DNA from: Croceimicrobium sp.
GTDB taxonomy: Bacteria; Bacteroidota; Bacteroidia; Flavobacteriales; Schleiferiaceae
Direction: 5' to 3'
Length of the DNA: 64,000 nucleotides
Assembly: GCA_965279135.1 (NCBI GenBank)
Contig: OZ257133.1
Span: forward strand, 475,274 to 539,273
Part shown: positions 29,593 through 38,061 of the stretch, one piece after another
How positions within the stretch are numbered: the stretch's first letter is position 1
Layout: each line of letters opens with the position of its first letter
Program-made: the position numbers and the translations under genes
Notes under the pieces: model-generated
Seen by the model: the letters and a program-made list of their open reading frames with translations, nothing else
Database searches by the model: none
Told to the model about the DNA's origin: nothing

Positions 29593-31716
29593 ATGGCAAA
29601 CACAGCTGCTATTGCTAAAGGACTTGAAGTGAAGGACTTCCAGGTCCAGGCAGTTTTAGATCTATTCTCAGAAGGAGCCACTATACCTTTCATTGCCAGA
29701 TATCGAAAGGAACGCACCGGAAGTCTTGATGAGACTCAGATTGCTGCTATCCGTAGTGAAAAAGACCGGTTGGATAAACTGGAACAAAGGAAGCACTTCA
29801 TTCTACAGTCGATTGAGGAACAGGGAAAGCTGGATACAGATTTAAAGAAAAAGATTGAAGGATGCGAGGCTTTAAATGATCTGGAAGACATCTATTTGCC
29901 CTATAAACCCAAGCGGAAGACTAGAGCTGAAGTAGCGCGCAAGAAAGGATTAGAACCTCTGGCCGCCATGATAATGAAGCAGGATTCCCGAGATCCGGAA
30001 GCCCTGGCTCTAAGGTTTCTAAATGATGAAGTGGTTAGTTCGGAAGATGCCTTAGCGGGAGCGCGGGATATTATGGCCGAATGGATTAATGAACGTGCTT
30101 CTGCGCGCAGTGCGTTGCGGCGATTATTTCAAAGAGAAGCGCGTATCTTTTCCAAAGTGGTGAAAGCAAAGCGAGAGGAGGCAGAGAAGTTTAAGGACTA
30201 TTTTGATTTTAATGAAAGCCTCTCTCGAATCCCCGGTCATCGACTTCTGGCTATTAGAAGAGGAGAACAAGAGTCTTTTCTCAGGGTAAACATTGCTCCT
30301 GAAAAAGAACGGGCCCTGGAGATATTGGAACGCATGTTTATTAAGTCTTCTAATGCTAGTTCTCTTCAAATAGAAATGGCTTTGAAGGATGCTTATAAAA
30401 GGCTGCTTAAACCATCGCTCGAGACGGAGTTCGCTCAGTTCTCAAAGGAGAAAGCGGACGAGGGGGCTATTTCCGTATTTGCCGAGAATCTGAAGCAGCT
30501 ACTATTGAATCCGCCACTGGGACCGAAACGTATCCTGGCTATCGATCCTGGATTTAGAACAGGCTGTAAGGTGGTTTGCCTGGATGAGCAGGGAAGCTTG
30601 TTGCACAATGACACTATCTTCCCTCATCCACCGCAAAGAGAATCTTCTCGTGCAGCAGCGAAGGTGGCGCAACTGGCTGAGGCCTATAAGATTGAGGCTA
30701 TTGCCATTGGTAATGGAACGGCCGGTCGGGAGACTGAGGAGTTCATCAGTAAAAGAGTTCGATTTAAATATCCCTTAGAGGCTTATGTGGTTAATGAAGC
30801 AGGAGCATCCATCTATTCTGCCTCAAAGGTAGCCCGGGAGGAATTCCCAAATTATGATGTAACCGTACGCGGGGCAGTAAGTATTGGTCGGCGATTGATG
30901 GATCCCTTGGCAGAATTAGTAAAAATTGATCCAAAGAGTATTGGTGTTGGGCAGTATCAGCACGATGTAGACCAGTCTAAATTAAAGGAAGCACTAGATC
31001 GTGTTGTAGAGCAGGTCGTAAATGCTGTTGGGGTAAACCTGAATACCAGTAGTAAGCATTTGCTGGAATACATTTCGGGTTTGGGACCAAAATTGGCGGA
31101 AAACATAGTGGCCTATCGTGAGGAGCATGGTCCTTTCAAATCCCGAGAGGCGCTTTTAAAAGTTCCGAAGCTGGGTCCAAAAGCATATGAGCAAGCCGCA
31201 GGCTTTTTAAGAATCCCTGATTCAGCAAACCCGCTAGATAATTCCAGTGTCCATCCCGAGAGATATCCTGTGGTGGCGCAGATGGCCGCTAACTTAAAAA
31301 GGAGCTTAGCAGAGCTAATCGGAAATGAGGAAGTCTTGACTAAGCTGGACCTCGAAGTGTATCGCACCGAGGAAATCGGAATCCCTACCCTTAAGGATAT
31401 TGTGGAGGAATTGGCAAAGCACGGACGGGATTTAAGAGGTAAGGCTAAGGTATTTCAATTTGATCCGCGCATTCGCAGCATAAGCGATTTGGAAGAAGGG
31501 ATGATCCTCCCTGGCATCGTTACCAATATCACCAATTTTGGCGCTTTTGTAGATGTTGGCGCTAAGCAGGATGGATTAGTACATCTGAGTGAATTGGCAA
31601 ATCGTTTTGTACGTGATCCTAATGAAGTGGTGAGACTTCAGCAGCAAGTACAGGTTAAGGTGCTAGGAGTTGAGGTTTCTCGGAAGCGTATTCAGTTTAG
31701 TATGAAGCAGGTTTAA
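29593..31716 (+). CDS. tex: Tex-like transcription accessory protein (S1 domain)
   Basis: TIPFIARYRKERTG, YqgF-like region and C-terminal S1 domain (GIVTNITNFGAFVDVG). Confidence 0.92.
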   Translation: MANTAAIAKGLEVKDFQVQAVLDLFSEGATIPFIARYRKERTGSLDETQIAAIRSEKDRLDKLEQRKHFILQSIEEQGKLDTDLKKKIEGCEALNDLEDIYLPYKPKRKTRAEVARKKGLEPLAAMIMKQDSRDPEALALRFLNDEVVSSEDALAGARDIMAEWINERASARSALRRLFQREARIFSKVVKAKREEAEKFKDYFDFNESLSRIPGHRLLAIRRGEQESFLRVNIAPEKERALEILERMFIKSSNASSLQIEMALKDAYKRLLKPSLETEFAQFSKEKADEGAISVFAENLKQLLLNPPLGPKRILAIDPGFRTGCKVVCLDEQGSLLHNDTIFPHPPQRESSRAAAKVAQLAEAYKIEAIAIGNGTAGRETEEFISKRVRFKYPLEAYVVNEAGASIYSASKVAREEFPNYDVTVRGAVSIGRRLMDPLAELVKIDPKSIGVGQYQHDVDQSKLKEALDRVVEQVVNAVGVNLNTSSKHLLEYISGLGPKLAENIVAYREEHGPFKSREALLKVPKLGPKAYEQAAGFLRIPDSANPLDNSSVHPERYPVVAQMAANLKRSLAELIGNEEVLTKLDLEVYRTEEIGIPTLKDIVEELAKHGRDLRGKAKVFQFDPRIRSISDLEEGMILPGIVTNITNFGAFVDVGAKQDGLVHLSELANRFVRDPNEVVRLQQQVQVKVLGVEVSRKRIQFSMKQV

Positions 31717-32944
31717 GCTTCGTTGATCTGGACCAAAGCCAGGAAATGAAAATGCCAAGGAACATTAAAGTACTGAGTAGGAGGAATAGGGAGTAATGAC
31801 CTTTGGCTCCAGGTTCATTCTCAATTATGTAACCCATCAAAGGACTCATAAAGACATCTGGCAAATAGCCAACTACCGAGATTATACCTACGGCCGTACC
31901 ACTAAAGGCTCGGCTCACTTGACTTTCACGCATGAGTGCGATGTAAATTCCTCGAAGGGCATAGATGCCACTTAAACTAATGGCGAACCAAATTAAACTG
32001 AAAGCGGAGTAAGCTAAGTTTAGATTTAAGCCAAGGAGGAGCGCCCCTAAAGTTGCACTACCGAAACAGGCAAATAACACATGGTGGACTTTAAATCGAT
32101 CTGCCAGAAAACCCGCGGTAATTGCCGCTATGGGCCTTAAATACAAAGCTTTGCTACTGAGGTCTAAAGCTTCTTTTTCACCTAGTAACCAAACCTCTCT
32201 TGCATAAAGGGACATATCATCGGTAAGCTTATAAGCACAGTAGGCTAGAAAGACGATGCCCGCCTGGAGCCATAATCCTCTGTTCCTGGCCAGGTTTTTT
32301 AATCCCTTAAAGGAATGATTCAGATCAGTCCCGGGTTCCTTTGCCGGTAGAGTAATCCAGATGAAAAGGGCTACTAAAAGTATTAGCCCGCTTGCCGCGA
32401 TTAAAACTAATTGATAGGCTTCATTTCGGCTTTGATCGATATTAATCGATTCGGAATTAAAAAACCATCCAAAAAGTAATACGGCCAAAGAAGCCCAAAG
32501 CGCCGAGCTCAATCCTCGTCCTCCTTCTACCCATCCAAAGGCTTTAGCTTCATTTTCCGGTTCCACTAAAATTCTGGTGCTCTTCATCAAGGCTGCCCAA
32601 AAGAGGAATATGGTACTGAAGCCCCAGAAACCGTATATAATTTGCAATTGCAATAGGCCTGGATTAAAAGCGATGAAAATTCCTCCTAGAGCAGTAAGTC
32701 CAAGCGCGGCCGACATCAACTTACGCGCCGGTAGTAAATCGGCCAGTGGTCCGCCAAAGAAATAGGACAGGATCGCTACCAAGCCATATATTGAAAAACA
32801 AAGTCCCAGGTCGATATTATCGATTTGGTAGACTTCCAAAAGTGTGCTCCTGAAAACTCGTGGTATTACAAAAGGTAGCAGGAAAATCGCCTCTCCTGCT
32901 AGAATGAGCGCCAAAAATGGGAACAGGCGTTTAATGCCGGTCAT
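31697..32944 (-). CDS. MFS transporter
   Basis: About 12 predicted TM helices over 415 aa. Confidence 0.75.
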   Translation of the reverse strand: MTGIKRLFPFLALILAGEAIFLLPFVIPRVFRSTLLEVYQIDNIDLGLCFSIYGLVAILSYFFGGPLADLLPARKLMSAALGLTALGGIFIAFNPGLLQLQIIYGFWGFSTIFLFWAALMKSTRILVEPENEAKAFGWVEGGRGLSSALWASLAVLLFGWFFNSESINIDQSRNEAYQLVLIAASGLILLVALFIWITLPAKEPGTDLNHSFKGLKNLARNRGLWLQAGIVFLAYCAYKLTDDMSLYAREVWLLGEKEALDLSSKALYLRPIAAITAGFLADRFKVHHVLFACFGSATLGALLLGLNLNLAYSAFSLIWFAISLSGIYALRGIYIALMRESQVSRAFSGTAVGIISVVGYLPDVFMSPLMGYIIENEPGAKGHYSLFLLLSTLMFLGIFISWLWSRSTKLKPASY

Positions 32945-35187
32945 TCTACACGTAGTTTAATGAGCTGTTTAGAATGATCATTGGAAATTCTTAGGAGGTA
33001 CAAGCCTGATGGTAAGCCCGAATTCCATTCCAATACCTCCCCCCGGAAATCAATTTCTTTAAGCACTTTGCCCTCTAAACTAAGGGCTTCAATATGGTAA
33101 TCCCCCAGAAGTAGTTTAAGGGTGAAGGTTCCATTGTTGGGATTAGGATATAACTGGGTATTAAACCAGGGCTTTTCTTCCTGTGAAAGAAAGTGTTGAA
33201 ATCGTACGGTAATAGTATCCCGATGTAGACAGCCTAAACTGTCTTGAGCTTCCAGCCAAAAGGTTCTGGTTTCCATGTCATTAAAGCTGCTGGCAGGAAA
33301 CCACAGAGAATCAGCCGTTGAACCATCATTCCAAATCGGATTAGTAAATCCATTGGGTATTCTTAAAACGAAGGGAATTAGCCTATCGTAAACAGAAGGA
33401 GCCTGCAATTGCAACTGGGCCGCGGATCTTTTAACGATTAGGGTGTCAATCTCACTTTGGCATTGCCCCTGTGGATTATATCCAAAATGATAGAAAAACT
33501 TTCCACTATAATGACGGGGGAAATAGCTGGTTCCGAAGGTGTGTCCAACTCCGGTTCCGGTTTGAATACTTAGTTCTGAATTCTGAAATACCATTTCGCT
33601 ATTGGCCCATTGATAGCGCAATCGATGACTGGAATTTTCGAGGTAGAGGTAGCAACCCAAAGTATCAAAAGGATTGATTTTAAAAGTACCAAAGTCCAAA
33701 TAGTACAGAGAGTCTGTATAGGCGCCATATATACTATCGCTCAGGACTGGAGACCAGCCCATAGCTTGCGCTTCATAACCCTTGTATGACCCCGGACGGG
33801 TACGGAGGTTTACCTGAAGGTCGGCCGTGCTTCCGGAGGGGAATTCAATGCTATCAATAAAGACCGTATCAGCTCCAGCTATAAGGTTAAACATACAGCC
33901 ATTCCAACGGATGTTATTAGTGCTTGAAGCGTTTAGAGCGCCATTAAAAGAGAACGGTCCCTGGTACGACTGCAGGAATAGACTATCTGTTTGGGGAACA
34001 AACCATTGAAGGCTATCTCCTTGATGCACTTCATTTTGGAGTTGGGGGTCCGTAAACCAACGAATCCTTGCATCACTAAAGGCAGAAAGGTGAATGCTGT
34101 CTCCATCGCAGAGTACGGTATCACTGCTAATTATGGAAGGTTGAATGCTGGTTTTTAAGTGAAGTAGGCCACTCTGATTATTGTTCGGATTATTATCCCC
34201 TGCAAAAACAATTCTGCTTTTCAGGCGCCAATTTTGTTGGGTGGAAGTATTGAGGTTAAAATTCACATTGGAAAAAGAGCAACCCTGCAACAAATTCAGG
34301 CTTTGAGTAAGAGTGTCAAATATCCCACTGTTTAAATCCTCCCTTATCAGTTGCACTAAGGCGGGTGCATTTAGACTGTCCTCTCCGAGGTTTCCAATTC
34401 TCACGCTGATTTCGCTATTGGGATTTCCACAGTTTGAAGGATTTAACCAAACCGGCGCATAAGGACGAAGATCAGTTCCGGGGCTTCCATCCACGATACT
34501 ATCTGGGATTGCTTTTTGAATAACTCTTTGCCAGAGCAGGCGATGACCAGCATCATTAACATGCACGCCATCACCGCTATCCTTGGTGCTGTCGATTGTA
34601 TTTTGGGTATTGGCCAGGCCATTCCAGAAGTCGATGGAGCGAGTTCCGAAATAGTTGAAAACGGAATCTCTTACCCCAAGTTGAATCTGAATCTGGCTGG
34701 CATTGAAATTTCGTGGTTGGGTGGTACAAACCCAGACGGGAACACCCATACTAGCAGCAAGGCTATCCATGTGGATGAAATTGGACATCTGCTCATTGAT
34801 CCCTGTGTTTATGGCCGCGTCATTGGAAGGAAGATTAATTACAATCGCATCTGGGTTTTGGCGCAATGCATGACTGATATTCCTCAAGGTATCCGGTTGT
34901 GGCCGGTTACTTGGTGCATTGAAATAATCGGGCATCAGCCTCCAGGTATTATAGCCTCCTCGGGCCAGATTGATCACCTCATTGTTCGTGTTCAATGCCT
35001 GGATAGAACGGCGGTAACGGTTTACCCAGGAGGAGTCGGCCGTGCTTACTCCAGCACCTGCCGCTGTGGAGGAGCCTATTACAACAATGCGAATGGTATC
35101 GGAGGCCAAGCAGGCAGAATTTTGTCCCTTGCTTTCGAAAAGGAAAAAGGTCAAAAGCAATAGTGGGAGGACAATCTGATTTTTCAT
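32941..35187 (-). CDS. secreted SGNH/GDSL-family hydrolase with a T9SS C-terminal domain
   Basis: IVVIGSSTAAGAG (block I Ser) ... GDGVHVND (block V). C-terminus LYPNPNNGTFTLKL... Confidence 0.75.
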   Translation of the reverse strand: MKNQIVLPLLLLTFFLFESKGQNSACLASDTIRIVVIGSSTAAGAGVSTADSSWVNRYRRSIQALNTNNEVINLARGGYNTWRLMPDYFNAPSNRPQPDTLRNISHALRQNPDAIVINLPSNDAAINTGINEQMSNFIHMDSLAASMGVPVWVCTTQPRNFNASQIQIQLGVRDSVFNYFGTRSIDFWNGLANTQNTIDSTKDSGDGVHVNDAGHRLLWQRVIQKAIPDSIVDGSPGTDLRPYAPVWLNPSNCGNPNSEISVRIGNLGEDSLNAPALVQLIREDLNSGIFDTLTQSLNLLQGCSFSNVNFNLNTSTQQNWRLKSRIVFAGDNNPNNNQSGLLHLKTSIQPSIISSDTVLCDGDSIHLSAFSDARIRWFTDPQLQNEVHQGDSLQWFVPQTDSLFLQSYQGPFSFNGALNASSTNNIRWNGCMFNLIAGADTVFIDSIEFPSGSTADLQVNLRTRPGSYKGYEAQAMGWSPVLSDSIYGAYTDSLYYLDFGTFKINPFDTLGCYLYLENSSHRLRYQWANSEMVFQNSELSIQTGTGVGHTFGTSYFPRHYSGKFFYHFGYNPQGQCQSEIDTLIVKRSAAQLQLQAPSVYDRLIPFVLRIPNGFTNPIWNDGSTADSLWFPASSFNDMETRTFWLEAQDSLGCLHRDTITVRFQHFLSQEEKPWFNTQLYPNPNNGTFTLKLLLGDYHIEALSLEGKVLKEIDFRGEVLEWNSGLPSGLYLLRISNDHSKQLIKLRVE

Positions 35188-35442
35188 TTTTGGAATTTAC
35201 AAAAAGAATCAAATCCTCAATTAGCGAGGCCTTTAAATCGATTATAAATAGTATTAAAGAATCGAATGAATATTTTTTATATCAATAACTTGTGTGGTTT
35301 AAAAAACTTTTATTCATTTGCCCAGCGAAAAACAACGAAGAGCAATCATGCGACTCCATACATTAAAATTTAAACTATATGGTTTTAACCCCAAGACGGG
35401 GTCGAGAGATATGTAGCTGGTTTTATACCTGCGCAGATTTGC

Positions 35443-35474
35443 TCCCGGCCTCTTAAAGGACCGGGATTTTTTTT
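35443..35474 (+). terminator. orphan rho-independent terminator 45 nt upstream of the TPR gene
   Basis: TCCCGG(CC)-TCTTAAAGGA-CCGGGA followed by TTTTTTTT. There is no + strand CDS upstream. Confidence 0.65.
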
Positions 35475-35519
35475 GCTTCGAGGCAGCATTCCGGTCGGAT
35501 TAACCTTAAAGCAAAAACA

Positions 35520-36029
35520 ATGTCAACTTTAGCAACCCTATATTATTTAAAAGCTTTGGATGCTTATCCTTACGAGCTTGCCGAAGTGGAGGAAAATCTC
35601 AACTACGCGCTGGCTTACGATTCAGAGCATCTTTCCAGCCTTTGTCTTAAGTCGCGGCTTTACCTCCAGGATTTAGGATGGATTCAAGAGGCTCGAGAAA
35701 TAGCCGAGCAGGCACTAGCAATTGATCCTAATCACCCTTGTGCTGCAATGGCTTTGCTCAACAGTCTGATTGAAGGTCGAGACTTAAAGAAAGCTATACG
35801 TTTTTTAAGTCATATTGAACGGAATGTACCATTAAAGCCATTATATATTTATCAGTATATGGCTAAAATAATGGACTTAAAATTTGAATATAATATTGCT
35901 ATTAATTACTACAAAATGGCAATTATTAATTCTGATAATGTTCAATTAACAGCAAATATCGAGCAAGATATTTCTCAACTTAAAGCAAAACGTAAGCAAA
36001 AGGCCAAACTGAAGCTTAAACGGAATTAA
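35520..36029 (+). CDS. TPR-like repeat protein with a lysine-rich tail
   Basis: Helical repeats (YYLKALDAYP..., AIDPNHP, YYKMAII). C-terminus KAKRKQKAKLKLKRN. Confidence 0.6.
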   Translation: MSTLATLYYLKALDAYPYELAEVEENLNYALAYDSEHLSSLCLKSRLYLQDLGWIQEAREIAEQALAIDPNHPCAAMALLNSLIEGRDLKKAIRFLSHIERNVPLKPLYIYQYMAKIMDLKFEYNIAINYYKMAIINSDNVQLTANIEQDISQLKAKRKQKAKLKLKRN

Positions 36030-36122
36030 GAAATCGGTTCGATCAAACCGAAGGCTATATGTGTGTCTCTCTGCATGGCACCATGGTGCAGGAAACTGTA
36101 TACCGCTTACAATTGATCATCA

Positions 36123-36191
36123 CGCTGTGGTTATGGGTTCGATTCCCATATATGGTGAAAGCCATATTAGCTCAAATGGTAGAGTTCAGTG
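36123..36191 (+). ncRNA. circularly permuted tRNA-like module (anticodon-stem 3' strand, variable loop, T-arm, 7-bp acceptor-like stem capped by GAAA, U8-N9, D-arm, anticodon-stem 5' strand)
   Basis: Helices: 36123-27/36187-91; 36133-37/36145-49 with loop TTCGATT; 36150-56/36161-67 with loop GAAA; 36170-73/36182-85 with loop AAATGGTA. The conserved tRNA tertiary nucleotides are present. Confidence 0.55.
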
Positions 36192-36195
36192 AACC

Positions 36196-36229
36196 TGGGG
36201 TTCGACTCCCCGCTGTATTTGAGATACAG
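36196..36229 (+). ncRNA. second T-arm (TGGGG-TTCGACT-CCCCG) plus an abutting 6-bp hairpin
   Basis: Read directly from the sequence. The 17 nt GGGGTTCGACTCCCCGC are identical to the tmRNA T-arm region (reverse complement of 46887-46903). Confidence 0.45.
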
Positions 36230-36530
36230 TTGTTTGGCCGTAGGGCTCCTCCCTTTAACGGAGACCGGTGATGGAAACATCACCATCAGAATGGAGTAAG
36301 ATCCCTCCTTAAAAGGATCACCCACATAGTGAAGGGATTGTATAAGATCACCTGGTTGGTCGATATACCGGTTGATGCATTTGCACCCTAGGAATTCCTT
36401 TTCCTGATTTTGAATTGGGCGAGGCCGGCTAGTCCCTGGATTTTGATGGAAGGGAAGACTAGGGTCCATGCTAAAGCTGCCCTTCGCTCTTGTGGTATTA
36501 TTAAACGGCTTAGGCCATAAATGAAAAGAG

Positions 36531-37628
36531 ATGTTAAGATTGATTAGAACTCCTAAAGGGGCAGTGAGTGTGCTCTTTAAAAATGGAAGTATTGAAGAAG
36601 TGTGGACCAATAGCACTCGCTGGTTATGGACTACAGGAAGTATCAGCCAATTCCTGATGGGAAGTAGGGTAGATTTACCCAGAGGGGTAGAGCTCGAAGC
36701 GAACAAAGAGGCAATTAAAGACTTTGCTGAGATCATCGAGTTGAAGCAAGGAGAGATTGCGGTGCATCTGCGAAACGGGGTCTTTTACAATGTATTGATT
36801 CCCGGAGTTTACGCCTTCTGGCGGGGAGTTCGAGACAATGAATTCCTAAAGCTGGACACCACTGAACTTGAGCTGCCCGAGAACCTCAATAAAGTTTTAT
36901 GGCCAGTCCTTAAAACCAAGGGTTTCCTGCGCAGGTTTAAAGTAGCCCAAGGCGAAGAAGGATTGCTATTGCGGAACGGTGAATTGCTTCGCCATTTGAA
37001 TCCCGGTGAGTACTTCTTCTGGAATAACCAGGAAGACCTACAAGTGCTGAGTGCAAGTATGAAGCGTCAAACACTGGAATTGAACGGCCAAGAAATGCTT
37101 AGTCGTGATAAGGCGACCTTAAGAATTAACCTCTTGGCTGAGATGAAAGTGGTGAACCTTGAACAAGCACTAATGCAAAACAAAGAGTTCAGCAAACAAG
37201 CTTACTTATTGTTGTCAATGGCCCTTAGAAGCTTTGTTGCTCGCTTAAGTCTGGATGAACTTCTAGGTGGAAAAGAGCAATTGGCAGAAAGTGTCGCCGA
37301 GACCAGTAAAGCATCTTTCGCTGAACTTGGACTTGAACTCATTAGCGTCGGAATTCGAGACATTATCCTACCCGGTGAAATGCGGGAAATTATGAATCAA
37401 GTGTTGATTGCCGAAAAGAAGGCGCAAGCCAACTTGGTTACCCGCAGGGAGGAAACCGCCTCAACCCGAAGCTTGATGAACACGGCTAAATTGATGGAAA
37501 ACAACCCCATGCTCTGGAAATTGAAAGAGATGGAGTACCTGGAAAAGGTAGTAGAGAAAGTGGGCACCATTAACATTTCCGGTGGAGAGCTGGGAGAGAA
37601 ATTACGTCAGATTTTCTCTTCTGCTTAG
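36531..37628 (+). CDS. slipin-family SPFH/band-7 protein
   Basis: Three N-terminal (F/L)xNGxxxxxLxPGxYxFW repeats. SPFH core (LDELLGGKEQL..., GIRDIILPGEMREIM). Confidence 0.8.
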   Translation: MLRLIRTPKGAVSVLFKNGSIEEVWTNSTRWLWTTGSISQFLMGSRVDLPRGVELEANKEAIKDFAEIIELKQGEIAVHLRNGVFYNVLIPGVYAFWRGVRDNEFLKLDTTELELPENLNKVLWPVLKTKGFLRRFKVAQGEEGLLLRNGELLRHLNPGEYFFWNNQEDLQVLSASMKRQTLELNGQEMLSRDKATLRINLLAEMKVVNLEQALMQNKEFSKQAYLLLSMALRSFVARLSLDELLGGKEQLAESVAETSKASFAELGLELISVGIRDIILPGEMREIMNQVLIAEKKAQANLVTRREETASTRSLMNTAKLMENNPMLWKLKEMEYLEKVVEKVGTINISGGELGEKLRQIFSSA

Positions 37629-37730
37629 CGCGAGAATCCTGATCCTTTATCTAAGATGAAGGTATCGGGATTCTTTTTTTAAAGCCTGTCTTTATCGTAA
37701 TATTGCAAAATAACTGTAAAGCCATTTTTC

Positions 37731-38060
37731 ATGGGAGTTACACGAAATGATCTCTTTAGTGAGGAGCAGAATGAATTGGCGCTTTTGGCCAAGGTTTTAG
37801 GTCATCCTGCGCGAATTGCAATCCTTCAATATTTGCTAAAGGCCCAGGCCTGTATCAATGGGGACCTGGTGAAGGAATTGGGTCTGGCTCAGGCCACGAT
37901 TAGTCAGCATCTTAGAGAGTTGAAGTCAGTAGGTATCATTCAGGGTACAATCGAAGGAACCTCAGTTTGCTATTGCATAAACCCCGAGCGTTGGTCGGAA
38001 ATCGACGCACGATTCAAATCCCTATTCGCTTCCTTTTCCAATCAGGATCATTGCTGTTAA
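37731..38060 (+). CDS. arsR: ArsR/SmtB-family transcriptional repressor
   Basis: LAKVLGHPARIAILQYL and ATISQHLRELKSVGI. Confidence 0.88.
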   Translation: MGVTRNDLFSEEQNELALLAKVLGHPARIAILQYLLKAQACINGDLVKELGLAQATISQHLRELKSVGIIQGTIEGTSVCYCINPERWSEIDARFKSLFASFSNQDHCC

Positions 38061-38061
38061 A

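Noticed and set aside
34516-35163. 215-aa plus-strand ORF
   Set aside because: It is entirely antisense to the SGNH/T9SS gene, which has clear motifs. This is typical shadow-ORF composition. The same reasoning applies to 7777-8178, 42604-43020, 25578-25901, 19860-20174 and the other antisense ORFs nested in confidently called genes.
36161-36229. Possible canonical tRNA gene (GCCATAT-TA-GCTCAAATGGTAGAGT ... GGGGTTCGACTCCCC)
   Set aside because: There is no anticodon arm between the D-arm and the second T-arm (only 10 nt). The 3' sequence CTGTATT is not complementary to the 5' GCCATAT. The 5' GCCATAT instead pairs upstream with 36150-36156 across a GAAA loop.
36059-36271. 70-aa plus-strand ORF (MCVSLHGTMVQ...)
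   Set aside because: It reads straight through two T-arm/D-arm structures. It is far better explained as RNA than as protein.
36345-36375. GGTTGGTCGA resembling the GGYUGGUCCGA Ro-binding strand of Y RNAs
   Set aside because: I found no complementary TTGACCA-type partner strand and no rsr/TROVE gene in the window. The resemblance is too short to call, so it appears only as context for the YrlA comparison.
36167-36736. 189-aa minus-strand ORF covering the tRNA-mimic spacer and the first 200 nt of the slipin gene
   Set aside because: The composition is rich in S, P and L and is low-complexity. It has no recognisable motif, overlaps a well-supported CDS, and lies antisense to strongly structured RNA-like sequence. 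I treated it as spurious.
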